Assembly (NCBI RefSeq): GCF_009914755.1
Contig: NC_060927.1
Strand: one strand, 5' to 3'
Length of the DNA: 64,000 nucleotides
Source: the human T2T-CHM13v2.0 reference genome, Homo sapiens
The notes beneath the pieces were generated by a model. That model did no database searches. It saw only the letters and a list, made by a program, of their open reading frames with translations, and had not been told where the DNA came from. A program made the position numbers and the translations under genes. Of the stretch, positions 43,264 through 56,730 are shown one piece after another. Position 1 is the stretch's first letter. Each line of letters opens with the position of its first letter.

Positions 43264-43734
43264 AAATGGAGCTTTCTTATTCCTGAAGGTGGTAGTGATG
43301 TATCCCTCCCTGAAGTGAGATTACCCTTCATAAATATTACACTTGTCTTTCTTAGCAATTTCTTCTTTGAATTATTGCTATTTCTAAACATGATGTATTT
43401 TTCTCAATCTGTCAGCTTCCTGAGGATAATATTCATGTTTAATTTTAATTTTTATCCTTAACAGGCCTTGTCAAGCTGTTTAATAAATAATGATTAATTT
43501 TTTTCTGTGTTTCAGGTACTATTCTATGAATTTTTCATATATTATTCAGTCTTCCAATGAACTTTAGAAGTTATTACTGTTATATCTATTTTGTAGAGAA
43601 GGACTTAAGGCCCAAGTAACTTGTTCAAGGTCATGTAGCTAGTAAATGGCAGAGGAGGCTTCAAGCCCACTTTCTGGCTCCAAAGTTTATACAATTAACC
43701 ATAGTAACATACAGTATTTGCTAAATGAGCAGAA

Positions 43735-44090
43735 ACAAAAAGGAAGGAAATTCTGACACGTTTTGCAACATGGATGAACCTTGAGAACATGATGCTAGTG
43801 AAAGAAGTCAGTCACAAAAGGATAAATATTGTATGATTTTAATTATATGAGGTCAAATTCACAGAAAGTAGAATGGTGGTTGCCAGGGGCTTGGGAGGAA
43901 GGCAGAATGGGGAATTATTGTTTAATGATTACAGAGTTTCAGTTTGGGAAAATGAAAAAAGTTCTAGCGATGGGTGGTGGTGATGGTTGCCCAACAATGT
44001 GAATGCTTAATGCCACTGAACAGTGTAATTTAAAATGGTTAAGATGGTAACTTTTGTTATATGTAGTTTACCACAATAAAAAAAAGTAAG
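43735..44090 (+). mobile_element. L1MB 3' end, flanked by MIR fragments (~43515-43700, ~44110-44330)
   Basis: GCAACATGGATGAACCTTGAGAACAT...TTACCACAATAAAAAA. Confidence 0.85.
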
Positions 44091-44725
44091 AAACAATGCT
44101 ATGAAACAAACATTGAGCCCTCATTACATATTAGGTGTTGGCTTTGTATCTTACATGAATTATCTCATCTAAGCATCATAGTAATGTTACATAAATACTA
44201 TTACTCCTACTTTACAGCTGAGGAAAATGAAACTTAGAGACTTATGTAAAGTAACTTACCTTGCGTAACGTCTCCCAGTTATTGTCAGTAGTAAAATTAG
44301 GATTGGAGCTCTACTCCTAACCATCACGCTGGAATGTTTTATACACTCAAAAGAAAATCACCCTGAGACAAGTATTTGTTGTTAATTTTAGTACATTTAA
44401 ATGCTAAGTTTTATTTCAAATTTTAGTTATAAAATTCTGGGTGGGCAAATGTTTGCCTTTTAATAAGATCTGTGACTTTTGAGAGAGTACCTTTTGTATA
44501 TGTTGAGTTAATTGTTGGGCAAATTATCTGTGAAGTCTGATCAAAATCATGGTAAATCGTCACTTCTGCCTGCTTATCACGAGTTTCCTTTTTGCCTTAC
44601 ACTTTAAAGGCAATGGTTTTTAATTCTTTCAATGTGTAATGAATACTGTTTATAAATGACTTTTGCGTGATGCTAGCACATGGGACTGCTTATGAATTAT
44701 CACTGTTTTTTTTTTTCATCAATAG

Positions 44726-44833
44726 CCCATGCATGATGACTATGACTTAAGACAAGAACAGTTGAACAAAGCTTCTCTTCTCTCGTCAAAGAAGTTTCTG
44801 GAAAACTTACTGGAGAAATTTAATTCCCATGTG
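44726..44833 (+). CDS. DNAJC13: DNAJC13 exon 14 (PMHDDYDL...KFNSHV)
   Basis: caatag| ... GTG|gtaagt; 108 nt. Confidence 0.95.
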
Positions 44834-45525
44834 GTAAGTTATAATTAAATTTGTCTTCATGGTAGATACCATACCATTATTGAAAGATATTCTAGAAGTG
44901 CCACGTGGATGATTTTTTTTTTTTTTATTGTAGCCCCCAGCTTTGGTCAGTATTGGTCACAGTTCAGCTTGGTCACTGATAATAAAATATTTTGTCTTAG
45001 GACTATATCCATTCACCTGGGAAGGATAGATGTCAAAGCCTTTAGATTTTCACAGGGATACTCCAAATTTTTGTTTTTTCTTTCTTTAAAAATATCATTA
45101 GGAAATAAACTGCTCTAAAAAAAATTAAGCCAAATCTTTGTTCCTCAGTCCCTGATAACAATTTTGGAGATGGGCATTCTATAGCATCTTGAAGGAACAT
45201 AAGCAGATTGCCAGAGTTTTGCAAATATTGTCAAATATTATTTTTTGCAAATATTAACCTTTGTTATACACATTTGAGAAGTCTTGGTTATACTCTTGAA
45301 ATTTGAATTTTAATTGTTCCTTTTGAGGTATGATGGATAATGGATTCACTATATGAGCAAAAGCAAGTACTAAAGAGTCATCCAACTTTGAACCTCATGT
45401 TGAGAAATTAAAGTCAATGTTGATGTCTGACATATAGAATAACAGAAAGGAACACATTATTGTTAAAATTTAACTGAAGGTCCCCATCTCTTAAGTCTTT
45501 AAGAGAATCTGTTGCATTGTTTCAG

Positions 45526-45681
45526 GATCATGGGACTGGTGCCCTAGTTATTAGTTCGCTCTTGGACTTCCTTACCTTTGCCCTCTGTGCTCCATATAGT
45601 GAGACAACTGAAGGGCAGCAGTTTGATATGCTCTTGGAGATGGTAGCATCCAATGGAAGAACCCTTTTTAAACTTTTTCAG
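45526..45681 (+). CDS. DNAJC13: DNAJC13 exon 15 (DHGTGALV...LFKLFQ)
   Basis: tttcag| ... CAG|gtgaga; 156 nt; overlaps ORF 45517-45711. Confidence 0.96.
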
Positions 45682-45777
45682 GTGAGAGCTTGTATTTTTC
45701 TTGTCAGATAACAGTGAATTTAAGGGAACCGCTTTTAGGATCACTGTTTCTAAGATAACATTTGCATACTTCTATAG

Positions 45778-46007
45778 CAGAGGTGTCCAGTCGTTTGGCT
45801 TTCCTGGGCCACACTGAAAGAAGAGTTGTCTTGGGCCACACATAAAATACACTAACACTAACAATATCTGATGACCTAAAAGAAAAAAAAATTGCAAAAA
45901 TGTTTTTAAGAAAGTTTAAGATTTGTGTTGGGCTACACTCAAAGCCATCCTGGGTTAGCTTTGAATAAATATAAGCATCCATGTAGGCTGCGGGTTGGAC
46001 AAGCTTG
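45778..46007. mobile_element. MER30-like hAT-Charlie
   Basis: CAGAGGTGTCCAGTC...GGTTGGACAAGCTTG; TCTATA-type 8-bp target sites. Confidence 0.8.
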
Positions 46008-46151
46008 ATCTATAATATTGACGAATAAATGCACCTAGTACATTATCATATTGGTACATTTTGAGTGTACAGATTTCTTGGTGTTTCATGTAGAGTCCCA
46101 TTGATGGGTGTTCACTGCTGTTTTGACACTCTGCCCATTTTCTATATCTTG

Positions 46152-46468
46152 CTTTTTTATTTTATTTTATTTTATTTATTTTTTGAGGTGAAGGTCTTGT
46201 TCTGTTGCCCAGACTGGAGTGCGGTGATGCAATCACAGCTCACTGCAGCCTCAGCCTCCCAGGCTCAAGTAATCTTCCCACCTCAGTTGCTGAGTAGCTG
46301 GGACCACAGGCACATGCTACCAAACCCGGCTAATTTATTTATTTGTTTTGTAGAGACGGGGTCTCCCTTTGTTGCCCAGGCTGTTCTCATGCCCCTGAGC
46401 TTAAGCGATCCTCCTGCCTCAGCCTCCCAAAGTGCTGGGATTACAAACATGACCCACCACACCTGGCC
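46152..46468 (-). mobile_element. AluJ
   Basis: (TTTTA)n tail and antisense AluJ body. Confidence 0.9.
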
Positions 46469-46942
46469 TCCATTTTAGTAGTGAAAAACTCATTTTTCTG
46501 TGGTAGGCCCAAAGTTCCCTTTTCTTTACAAATTCCCAAATGATAAAATGAGCTTTAGCAGGGCTCTTCATAAACACTGGAAAACATTTGTTATTTTATA
46601 CAGTACTATAGTACTTATTAGATACATGTATGTATATATGATGTTTATATTTTTATTATTTTAGTATCATTGATATGTATCATTCAAATAATTATAATTA
46701 TTCAAATAGATGCCTTCTGTTTCCTACTAATGTAAATTCTTTGTTTATGTGTCTGTATCTCTAAGGCTATATTGTAAAAATACCTAAAATATTTAACCAA
46801 ACTGACTTTGAGATGTATCCTTTACTAATTTTGTGGCTTATACCTTGTGTAAAAATGTATACCCTTCTTAAGAGTAACAGCTAAATGTGTTGGAATAAAA
46901 TTCTTTTTTATTTTTTGATACTTTTTCCCCCTCACTTTAAAG

Positions 46943-46999
46943 CATCCTTCCATGGCAATAATAAAAGGAGCTGGGTTGGTTATGAAGGCAATAATAGAG
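46943..46999 (+). CDS. DNAJC13: DNAJC13 exon 16 (HPSMAIIKGAGLVMKAIIE)
   Basis: ttaaag| ... GAG|gtgaga; 57 nt. Confidence 0.94.
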
Positions 47000-48171
47000 G
47001 TGAGAGAACAATTTTGAAATTTTAACCTTACTTGAATGTTGATAGGCTGTTTTAATTGAAGTTGACAATATTGCCTTTCAGTCTTTTTGGGAAATAAACA
47101 TTTCTCTGGGTAAGAAAAGTAATTTTAAATCTTTATTATAAATTAGTTTTAAACTTGTTACAGAAATAATCCTCAATAATAAAAGTTTTAATTTCATAGT
47201 GAAGTTGTAGAGCAAATAAATCTGTTACTGCATTATTTGTTTATTTTACTTACTTAAAAGTTAGCATTCTATCTGTTGCTCTTTTTTGGAAGGATAATGT
47301 TGACAGTGTTGAAGTCTTGAGATACTGAGCTTGTATAGAAATCTATTGATGGAGTTAGTTCATACCAAAATGATACCAAGTAAGAAAGGCAACAAAAAGT
47401 TCTTGATAAAGCATATTTGTAATTGAGCTCTAGAGATTGGAGCATGATCTTGTCGAAGATACTGCTTCTTTAAGATAGTTGCTTTATGCTTCTATATTTT
47501 TTAAAAGGTTGTAGCTATGAATGTCTGTTGCATACTATGATGATTACAATGACATCAGTCTAAATGGCTTTTGAATTCTTGTATTTTGTTGTCATAGAAG
47601 CAATTTGAATACAATTGAAGAAAGTCTCCTTTTACCAAAAAATTCATTTATTGTGCATAAGTATAGCACACAATTAATCACAGAATTAGTATGCCCTTAA
47701 GTAGCTGTAAATATATATAGGCATTGAACTGAATGGAACATCAAAGTTTATTTGCATTTTTAGTGTGCATATACAGCCAAAGGCTAATTTTCTCCCTTTA
47801 GCTAATGGGTTCTTTGCTCAATGTTAGCTTCCAAAGTGCCCATCTTTTACAGAGCTTGCGATAGCCAAGCCTCTCCTTTTTGTTGGCAGCTATACACAGA
47901 GGGAGTGAACCTAGTTTTAATATTAAGTTTAGCAAAGCATAGTTTATGAGGTAAATTTGTCTGGAAACATCTCAACCTTATTCCAAAGGTTTAAAAATTA
48001 CCTGTGCTACTACTCACCTATTTTTTTTTGGGTGATTAGAAGATGCATTTTAAAAACTTCTATTACATACTGAATGTTTTTTTCATTTAAATATGTAAAA
48101 TTAGTTTTTTAAAGTTTGGATAGCTTGTCCTGGATTGCCACCTTAGGGATCATCTTACCCTTTTTCCAAAG

Positions 48172-48293
48172 GAAGGTGATAAAGAAATTGCTACAAAAAT
48201 GCAGGAGCTTGCCCTAAGTGAAGGTGCCTTACCTCGACACTTGCATACTGCGATGTTTACAATAAGCTCAGATCAAAGGATGCTTACAAATAG
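48172..48293 (+). CDS. DNAJC13: DNAJC13 exon 17 (EGDKEIAT...RMLTN(R))
   Basis: ccaaag| ... TAG|gtaggt; 122 nt. Confidence 0.95.
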
Positions 48294-50470
48294 GTAGGTG
48301 ATTTAATTCAATTTGCTGCAATTTAACTTCCTGTCTAGAGAATTGATTCAGATGTTACATAAAACTAAATGTGTTTGTATTACACAAATAATACATTTTC
48401 TTTTGATCCACCTAGTTCTTTTCCTTTCCTTACAGAAGGATTTTGCCCAAGTGATCACTGTCCCTGCCTATGGAAAACCTGGAGGGAAACACTGTTTACT
48501 TTTTTTCCCCGACCTATTATCAGGCCCTGACACCATAGTCATGGGACCAATATGGAAAAGGGTACTTAAAAGCTTATGGAACTAGAACCACATGCTCAGG
48601 TCTTTTCTCCTTATATCCCTGTGACCATCTTGCATGCACATGACCCCATGGGAAAACCTCACATAGTTGATTTTTAAATATCTTTGGTCAAATACTCTAC
48701 TTTAAAAACCACAGAAAACCTTACATATCCAGCCTAAGCTAGACTTAACCTAAATCTCTTGTAATTAAATGATTCCCTTTTTCCTGATAGTCATTCAAAT
48801 ATAAACACATAAATTTATTCACTTATTCCACACTACATGAATTCCAGCCCTTTTTAACCCTCTTTGTGGTTTCTAACATGTGACCCTTTCAGCTATCTTA
48901 AGCATACTATATTATGACTCATATTAGTAAAAACAGTATCATAAATAGTTTTAATTTTATTTTTTGACTTTTTAAATAATAGCATAAGTTGCTGAGTTAA
49001 ACGTTTAGTTTGTTACAATACTGTACATTTTCTTTGTCATCTATGTGCAGTTATTATACATCATGGTATGCTGCCTTGCCAGGGATTTTTTTTTTACTGT
49101 TTATACTATTAGAAGAAACTACCTCCCTCACTTGTGTTAAGAACAAAACTAGTCTTAGAGGATAAAGATAATAAGGATGTTTTCCTAGTATTATCTTATT
49201 AGCAGTGCTAGACACCATCTTTCATTAGAGACTATTGATAGCTTATTCCATTAACCCCTCCCCATGTTAAATGCTTGCTTGTTGTGTTTCTCTTCAGTAT
49301 AGTTAACCAGTTAAATTCCCTACTGTGATCAATTAGTGTATTAGGGAAGCATTTTAATTTGGAGAAAATTCCAAAAGGTTAGTAATATTTGAATTACACT
49401 GTTAAAGATCTGTCAATGTATAATAGAAATATCACTCTATTTGCATTGCTTTATCTTTTACAAATTGCTGTTATAAAATGTTATCTCTTTTGTCCCTAAC
49501 TAAAGCCTTTTTAGGAGTCACTGATATGATAACCTACCAAATGCCAGTGAAGGAAATTACAAGTTTAATTACTTCAATATGTTAGCTTTCAAATTGGCAC
49601 AGGAATGAACAGTTTTAGTGGCGTTCACTTTCTGGTGACAAAGTATATTTTGGGTTTTGCAGTTAAATTTTGTTCTTCAGTAATGTAACATATATAAAAC
49701 ATATGTTTGTGGGTGGTTATTTGGTTATTTCCCTCATAGGTTTCATGACCATTCTTATAGCTATGGTAATTGAATCCCCACCAAAGCACAGAAGGGTCAC
49801 TGGTGGGTAAAATAGGGTTTCTACTTATGAGGAGCTTTCAGTTAAGGTGACAGGTGTTGAATGGGGATTAAAATTAGTAAATGACTAAACCATAGATTGA
49901 ACTTGGATCTTAGATTTTTACTTTGAATTAAAATATACTTTTATAGCTTTTAAGTGAGATGAGTTGAATAATTTGCTATAAGTGGTTTAGGTCTTTGCCC
50001 AAACTCTAGAAGTGAAAATAATTTTCTCTCTGATCTTGCCAAAACGGTTATATTAGAACAGTTGTTGACTTCTGCTTGTTCAGAATTCCAAAAAATGCCA
50101 GGATGCCATTGTCACTATATTAGTAGGACTGGTTAAACAAATTAATTGTGTCATCAAATCTAATTGTTTTTGTTGTTTTTTTTCTTCCTTTAAGTGGGAT
50201 AAAAACCTACTTTTTTCCTGTTCGGGTTTATTGAAAATGAGTGTATGTTTATTAGGAAAACATTTTAATTTTTAGAAAATTCCAAAATATTAGTAATATT
50301 TGAATTATAACTCTCCACATTAAATTTTTTAATAACTATTTTTAACATCGGAATGATTTTTTTACTGTAGCCGTATTTTTTATAATTATGTGATATTTTG
50401 TTCTTAAAAATTCCTTTCTGTTCTAGCTGAGATAAAGCAGCAAACCTTTCTCAACGTCTGCTTTTTTCAG

Positions 50471-50546
50471 ACAGCTAAGTAGACATTTAGTGGGACTCTG
50501 GACAGCTGATAATGCAACTGCAACAAACTTGTTGAAACGCATTTTG
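50471..50546 (+). CDS. DNAJC13: DNAJC13 exon 18 (QLSRHLVG...LLKRIL)
   Basis: tttcag| ... TTG|gtaagt; 76 nt. Confidence 0.95.
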
Positions 50547-50774
50547 GTAAGTCAGTTGAGAAATTAGGTTATATACTGCCTAATAAAATTTAATTGAACA
50601 AGTTATCTGTACTGTTAAAAGGGGATGGTTTGTTTTTTATTGAAAAGTTATTTATCATAGGAGTTACCGTAAAGTTTTACCCTCAATAGCTAAGCCACAG
50701 TATTAATTTATTTGGGTTTTTAAGGCTAAATTTTCTTTTTCACATTGTTTTGAAAATGGATTTTGTGTTTTTAG

Positions 50775-50870
50775 CCGCCAGGCTTGCTGGCATACTTGGA
50801 AAGCTCAGATCTCGTACCTGAGAAGGATGCTGATCGGATGCATGTTAGAGACAATGTGAAAATAGCAATG
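50775..50870 (+). CDS. DNAJC13: DNAJC13 exon 19 (PPGLLAYL...NVKIAM)
   Basis: ttttag| ... ATG|gtaaat; 96 nt. Confidence 0.95.
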
Positions 50871-51645
50871 GTAAATATGACTGTCCCAAGTGTGCCTTTT
50901 TTAGGAGTAAGGGTACTGTTATATATATGTCTTTTTTTGAAACACGTTAAAAATTTTAGAAACAAAGAATTCATTGCATTGAATAGTATACTTAACTATT
51001 GATATCTTTATTGAGGTAAAATTTACATCCCATAATATTCATCTTTTTAAGGTATACAATTAAATAATTTGTGGTATATTTACAGAGTTGTGCAGCTATC
51101 ACCACAAATTAATGTTATGAATAGTGGTCATTTTATTCTGTGTTTTGTTTCTCTAATTCAACTTATTGGTACGTTCTGGAGTACCAGTAAGTGTGTAAAT
51201 ATGGTATTTTGCACATATGAGATTGATAAATGTTGTTGGTAAAAACGGCCAACCATGAAAAAAGTTATAGGTAGGGTTTTTTTCCTTACAAGATCTATGT
51301 TAATTATAAGGTTGGGCCATCCATGGAAAAATTAAACATCTTTATGATACACTACTATAATAATTTCTTACGTGTATTCTTTTTCTGTCATCACTCCTTC
51401 TCTGTCTGCACCCAGCTCCCACTTGCATCTTGCCACCCCTCATAAAAGAATCATCTTGAAACCTAAGTAGAAAAGTTAGTTTCTTGGATAAAAAGTATAA
51501 TTGTAGAAGTTTTCAGTTTGTTTCTTCACTGAACCATAACATCCAGCATTAACCTTATAAAATAGATAGAATGACTCAGCTTTACATAGAGTTTTAAAAT
51601 AAATTTGCAAACAGGCATGTAATGGATTCCAACATTATTTTACAG

Positions 51646-51789
51646 GATCAGTATGGAAAATTTAATAAAGTTCCAGAGTGGCAAAGACTAGCTGGAAAAG
51701 CTGCTAAAGAAGTTGAAAAATTTGCCAAAGAAAAAGTGGATCTTGTATTGATGCACTGGAGGGATAGGATGGGCATTGCTCAAAAAGAG
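51646..51789 (+). CDS. DNAJC13: DNAJC13 exon 20 (DQYGKFNK...GIAQKE)
   Basis: ttacag| ... GAG|gtaaaa; 144 nt; overlaps ORF 51622-51891. Confidence 0.96.
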
Positions 51790-51912
51790 GTAAAAATAAA
51801 ATTTGCTTCCAAATTCCTGGCACTTCTGTGTGTCCTAGTCTACTTTAGTTCCTGCTGTTCACAGAGATGGTATCGATACATTTCTTGCTGAATACCTGAA
51901 GCTTAAAAATGA

Positions 51913-52240
<328 letters not shown>

Positions 52241-53004
52241 GAATGGTACCTAATTTCTAATTCATATTTTTGTATACATTTTCCTTAGTTCATAGTTTTA
52301 TGAGTTGATGATTAGGTTTTTATTTTGGTATTTAATATAGAATTCCACTCTTAATTTTTCTTCCATTCCAGTTTTTGTTCTTTTTTATTCATATGTATTT
52401 ATTTTCTTCCCTTCTTCTCTGGACTTTGTTTTGCACCTATAAAAATAAAGGTGCTCTTCCTGTTAGCCTTTTTATTCAGAACTAGCCAGACAAGTGTTTT
52501 GGAGATTAAGATTCACATTTTAAATTCAATTTATTGTGCGTACTTAAATTTTGTAATATTTGTTTCTCAAATCAAAGTTAGATCTAAAACAGTTTTAGTC
52601 TCATTCTTCAGCATGCAGTGTGTTCTACAGAACCTGATTCAGTAATGCATTCTTCTATCTATAATGGGTTTGGCAGTGGTTGAGTATGAATTGAGATGTC
52701 CTGTAGAAGCAATCTTGATCTCAGTTTTTGTTGATCACACATACATTGTTTCTCCTTAATCTTCTCCTTACTTATGGTAGCTATTGCCATATTCAAGGAA
52801 AATAACTTTAATATCTTTCTAAAACAAGTGGGTTTCTTATGGATTACCAGAATACGTAAGCATAGCAGAACAAATATTATAGTCTTGTGTATCTATCTGA
52901 AATTGGGATCAATGTTCAATTCTTTAGAGCTCCAGAATAATAGATTACTGCTAATTTATATAAGTGATATATTCAATATAAAGAATCATTAGGCTTTCAA
53001 GTGA

Positions 53005-53165
53005 CTATGTAGTATAGTAAAGAGAATACTGAACTTTGAGTTGGTTAACTTCTGAGCCTAGTTTCATCACTTGTTAATCCAAGTTACGGTTTTTAGAACC
53101 TTACTTTCCTCTTTCATAAATCGGAATAACAATACCTCCCTTCTCTATCTTATAGGGTTTTTTTG
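53005..53165 (+). mobile_element. MIR
   Basis: GTAGTATAGTAAAGAGAATACTG...CATAAATCGGAATAACAATACCT. Confidence 0.6.
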
Positions 53166-54437
53166 ATATACAAGCAAAATAATAGTAAAGGCACTATATA
53201 CATATATGGTCAGGATAATACTGGTATAGCATTTGAACAGTTGAAAAATCTACAGATATGAATGATTTTCACAGTTATTAAAAATTACAAGCTCCTGGCT
53301 TCAGGTAGTTAAACCGATTTCTAAAATAACAGTTCTTTCAAGCTGTTGAATATAATTATCATACTGTAGATAAGTTTTTGGCATCAGACTTCATATGTAA
53401 CATTTATCCAGCATAAGCATGAACACAAAGCTCTAGTCTTAGCTAAAACTATGGATAAAAATCTGCTATTTTAAAACAATTGAGAGGGAAAAGGATATTT
53501 TTAATATAAAAGTTTTACTGGTTTGTTGGTATCATTTACATGGGGTATTACTAAAGTTTTGAGCAAATAATGATGCCAGATAAATGTTGGTCAAGAAGAT
53601 CTTTTGGTTAGCATCAATGGCTTATCCCCTTTCTGCGTGGGTACTATTTTTAACAGTAATTTCTTTAGGGAACAGCAAATAATCTTTGTGACTATTTTAT
53701 TAATAGAAACACTAACATCAAAGTTTGGAATGATCTTATGCTGTAGTTAGAGTCTGAAAACTAATCATTGTCAAGATTAACTGGCGATTCTTGAAACAAT
53801 CTGCATTTCTTATATAGTCAATGTTTATGAAGTCAGTTCCATTTGCAGCTGATGCTCTGTGCTGGATTAGTAGTAACCTTTGGCTAATGTATAAGGTTGC
53901 TTTTTCTTTGTTATTTTCAGTTAAGGGATTTGTTTAGCTAGTTAGAGCTGTTAGCCTGAGTCTCCAATTCAGTCACTTAGTTTATGGAGAGCTTTTTGTC
54001 CTTTTTCTGTATAGCATTTACATTTTTATTACTCTGGACTGCCAGCCTTTTGTCCTGGCAGGGAGGAGGGATTGAAGAAAGTACTTCTTAATTAGAAAGT
54101 TTAGGAAAAGATTTGTCATTAAACCAAATTTTGAATTATTTATATATTTTATTCAAGCCACTTTGCATTAGTTTTCATGATAGTGCACAGAATTAAAATT
54201 TGTAGGAAACATTTTCTTATATAACTTTTAGGGTTTATATTTGAAATAATATCTTTTAAAATTTATTTTACCTTTTTTCTTTCTATGTCGTCTAGTCTGG
54301 GGTTTTTTTGCACTTTAATGAAATTACAGACTTCCGTGTTTTAATCTATACCACTTTCTACTTTTTGTTTCTATCACAATGAGGATTAGAGTTTTCATAT
54401 CTGATGTATATACATGGGTTTCATTTGGAGCAGAGAT

Positions 54438-54441
<4 letters not shown>

Positions 54442-54476
<35 letters not shown>

Positions 54477-56730
54477 GTTTTTTTATTGATAATTCTTGGG
54501 TGTTTCTCACAGAGGGGGATTTGGCAGGGTCATGGGACAATAGTGGAGGGAAGGTCAGCAGATAAACAAGTGAACAAAGGTCTCTGGTTTTCCTAGGCAG
54601 AGGACCCTGCGGCCTTCCGCAGTGTTTGTGTCCCTGATTACTTGAGATTAGGGATTGGTGATGACTCTTAACGAGCATGCTGTCTTCAAGCATCTGTTTA
54701 ACAAAGCACATCTTGCACCGCCCTTAATCCATTTAACCCTGAGTGGACACAGCACATGTTTCAGAGAGCACAGGGTTGGGGGTAAGGTCACAGATCAACA
54801 GGATCCCAAGGCAGAGGAATTTTTCTTAGTGCAGAACAAAATGAAAAGTCTCCCATGTCTACTTCTTTCTACACAGACACGGCAACCATCCGATTTCTCA
54901 ATCTTTTCCCCACCTTTCCTGCCTTTCTATTCCACAAAGCCGCCATTGTCATCCTGGCCCGTTCTCAATGAGCTGTTGGGCACACCTCCCAGACGGGGTG
55001 GTGGCCGGGCAGAGGGGCTCCTCACTTCCCAGTAGGGGCGGCCGGGCAGAGGCGCCCCTCACCTCCCGGACGGGGCGGCTGGCCGGGCGGGGGGGCTGAC
55101 CCCCCCACCTCCCTCCCGGACGGGGCGGCTGGCCGGGCGGGGGGCCGACACCCCCACCTCCCTCCCGGACGGGGCGGCTGGCCGGGCAGAGGGGCTCCTC
55201 ACTTCCCAGTAGGGGCGGCCGGGCAGAGGCGCCCCTCACCTCCCAGACGGGGCGGCTGGCCGGGCGGAGGGCTGACCCCCCCACCTCCCTCCTGGACAGG
55301 GCGGCTGGCCAGGCGGGGGGCTGACCCCCCCACCTCCCTCCCGGACAGGGCGGCCGGCCGGGCGGGGGGCTGACCCCCCCACCTCCCTCCCGGACGGGGC
55401 GGCTGGCCGGGCAGAGGGGCTCCTCACTTCCCAGTAGGGGCGGCCGGGCAGAGGCGCCCCTCACCTCCCGGACGGGGCGGCTGGCCGGGCGGAGGGCTGA
55501 CCCCCCCACCTCCCTCCCGGACGGGGCGGCTGGCCAGGCGGGGGGCTTACCCCCCCACCTCCCTCCCGGACGGGGCGGCTGGCCGGGTGGGGGGGCTGAC
55601 CCCCCCATCTCCCTCCTGGACGGGGTGGCTGGCCCGGCTGAGGGGCTCCTCACTTCCCAGTAGGGGCGGCCGGGCAGAGGCACCCCTCACCTCCCGGACG
55701 GGGCGGCTGGCCGGGCGGGGGGCTGACCCCCCCACCTCCCTCCCGGATGGCACGGCTGGCCGGTCGGGGGGGCTGACCCCCCACCTCCCTCCCGGACGGG
55801 GCGGCTGGCCGGGCGGGGGGTTGACCCCCCCCCACCTCCCTCCCGGACGGGGTGGCTGCCGGGCGGAGATGCTCCTCACTTCCCAGATGGGGTGGCTGCC
55901 GGGCGGAGAGGCTCCTCACTTCTCAGACGGGGCAGCTGCCAGGCGGAGGGGCTCCTCACTTCTCAGACGGGGTGGTTGCCAGGCAGAGGGTCTCCTCACT
56001 TCTCAGACGGGGCGGCCGGGCAGAGACGCTCCTCACCTCCCAGATGGGGTCTCGGCCGGGCAGAGGCACTCCTCACATCCCAGATGGGGCGGCAGGGCAG
56101 AGGCGCTCCCCACATCTCAGACGATGGGCGGCCGGGCAGAGACGCTCCTCACTTCCTAGATGTGATGGCGGCTGGGAAGAGGCGCTCCTCACTTCCTAGA
56201 TGGGATGGCGGCCGGGCGGAGACGCTCCTCACTTTCCAGACTGGGCAGCCAGGCAGAGGGGCTCCTCACATCCCAGACGATGGGCGGCCAGGCAGAGACG
56301 GTCATCACTTCCCAGACGGGGTGGCGGCCGGGCAGAGGCTGCAATCTCGGCACTTTGGGAGGCCAAGGCAGGCGGCTGGGAGGTGTAGGTTGTAGTGAGC
56401 CGAGATCACGCCACTGCACTCCAGCCTGGGCACCATTGAGCACTGAGTGAACGAGACTCCGTCTGCAATCCCGGCACCTCGGGAGGCTGAGGTTGGCGGG
56501 ATCACTCGCGGTTAGGGGCTGGAGACCGGCCCGGCCAACACAGCGAAACCCCGTCTCCACCAAAACCAGTCAGGCGTGGCGGCGCGTGCCTGCAATGGCA
56601 GGCACTCGGCAGGCTGAGGCAGGAGAATCAGGCAGGGAGGTTGCAGTGAGCCGAGATGGCAGCAGTACAGTCCAGCTTCGGCTCCGCATGAGAGGGAGAC
56701 CGTGGGGAGAGGGAGACAGAGGGAGAGGGC
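54442..56730 (-). mobile_element. Full-length SVA retrotransposon (young, probably SVA_F-like), antisense in intron 20
   Basis: On + strand: poly-T, SINE-R (~54480-54975), GC-rich VNTR (~54975-56335), Alu-like (~56335-56690), short AGAGGG hexamer region; 16-bp TSD TGGAGCAGAGATTCTT at 54426-54441 and 56731-56746. Confidence 0.97.

Noticed and set aside
45217-45256. Three CAAATATT forkhead-like motifs in a row
   Set aside because: Short AT-rich words in an AT-rich intron; plausible by chance
54975-56335. Array of repeats that could be mistaken for a CRISPR array
   Set aside because: Tandem SVA VNTR units with no unique spacers; eukaryotic context, no cas genes
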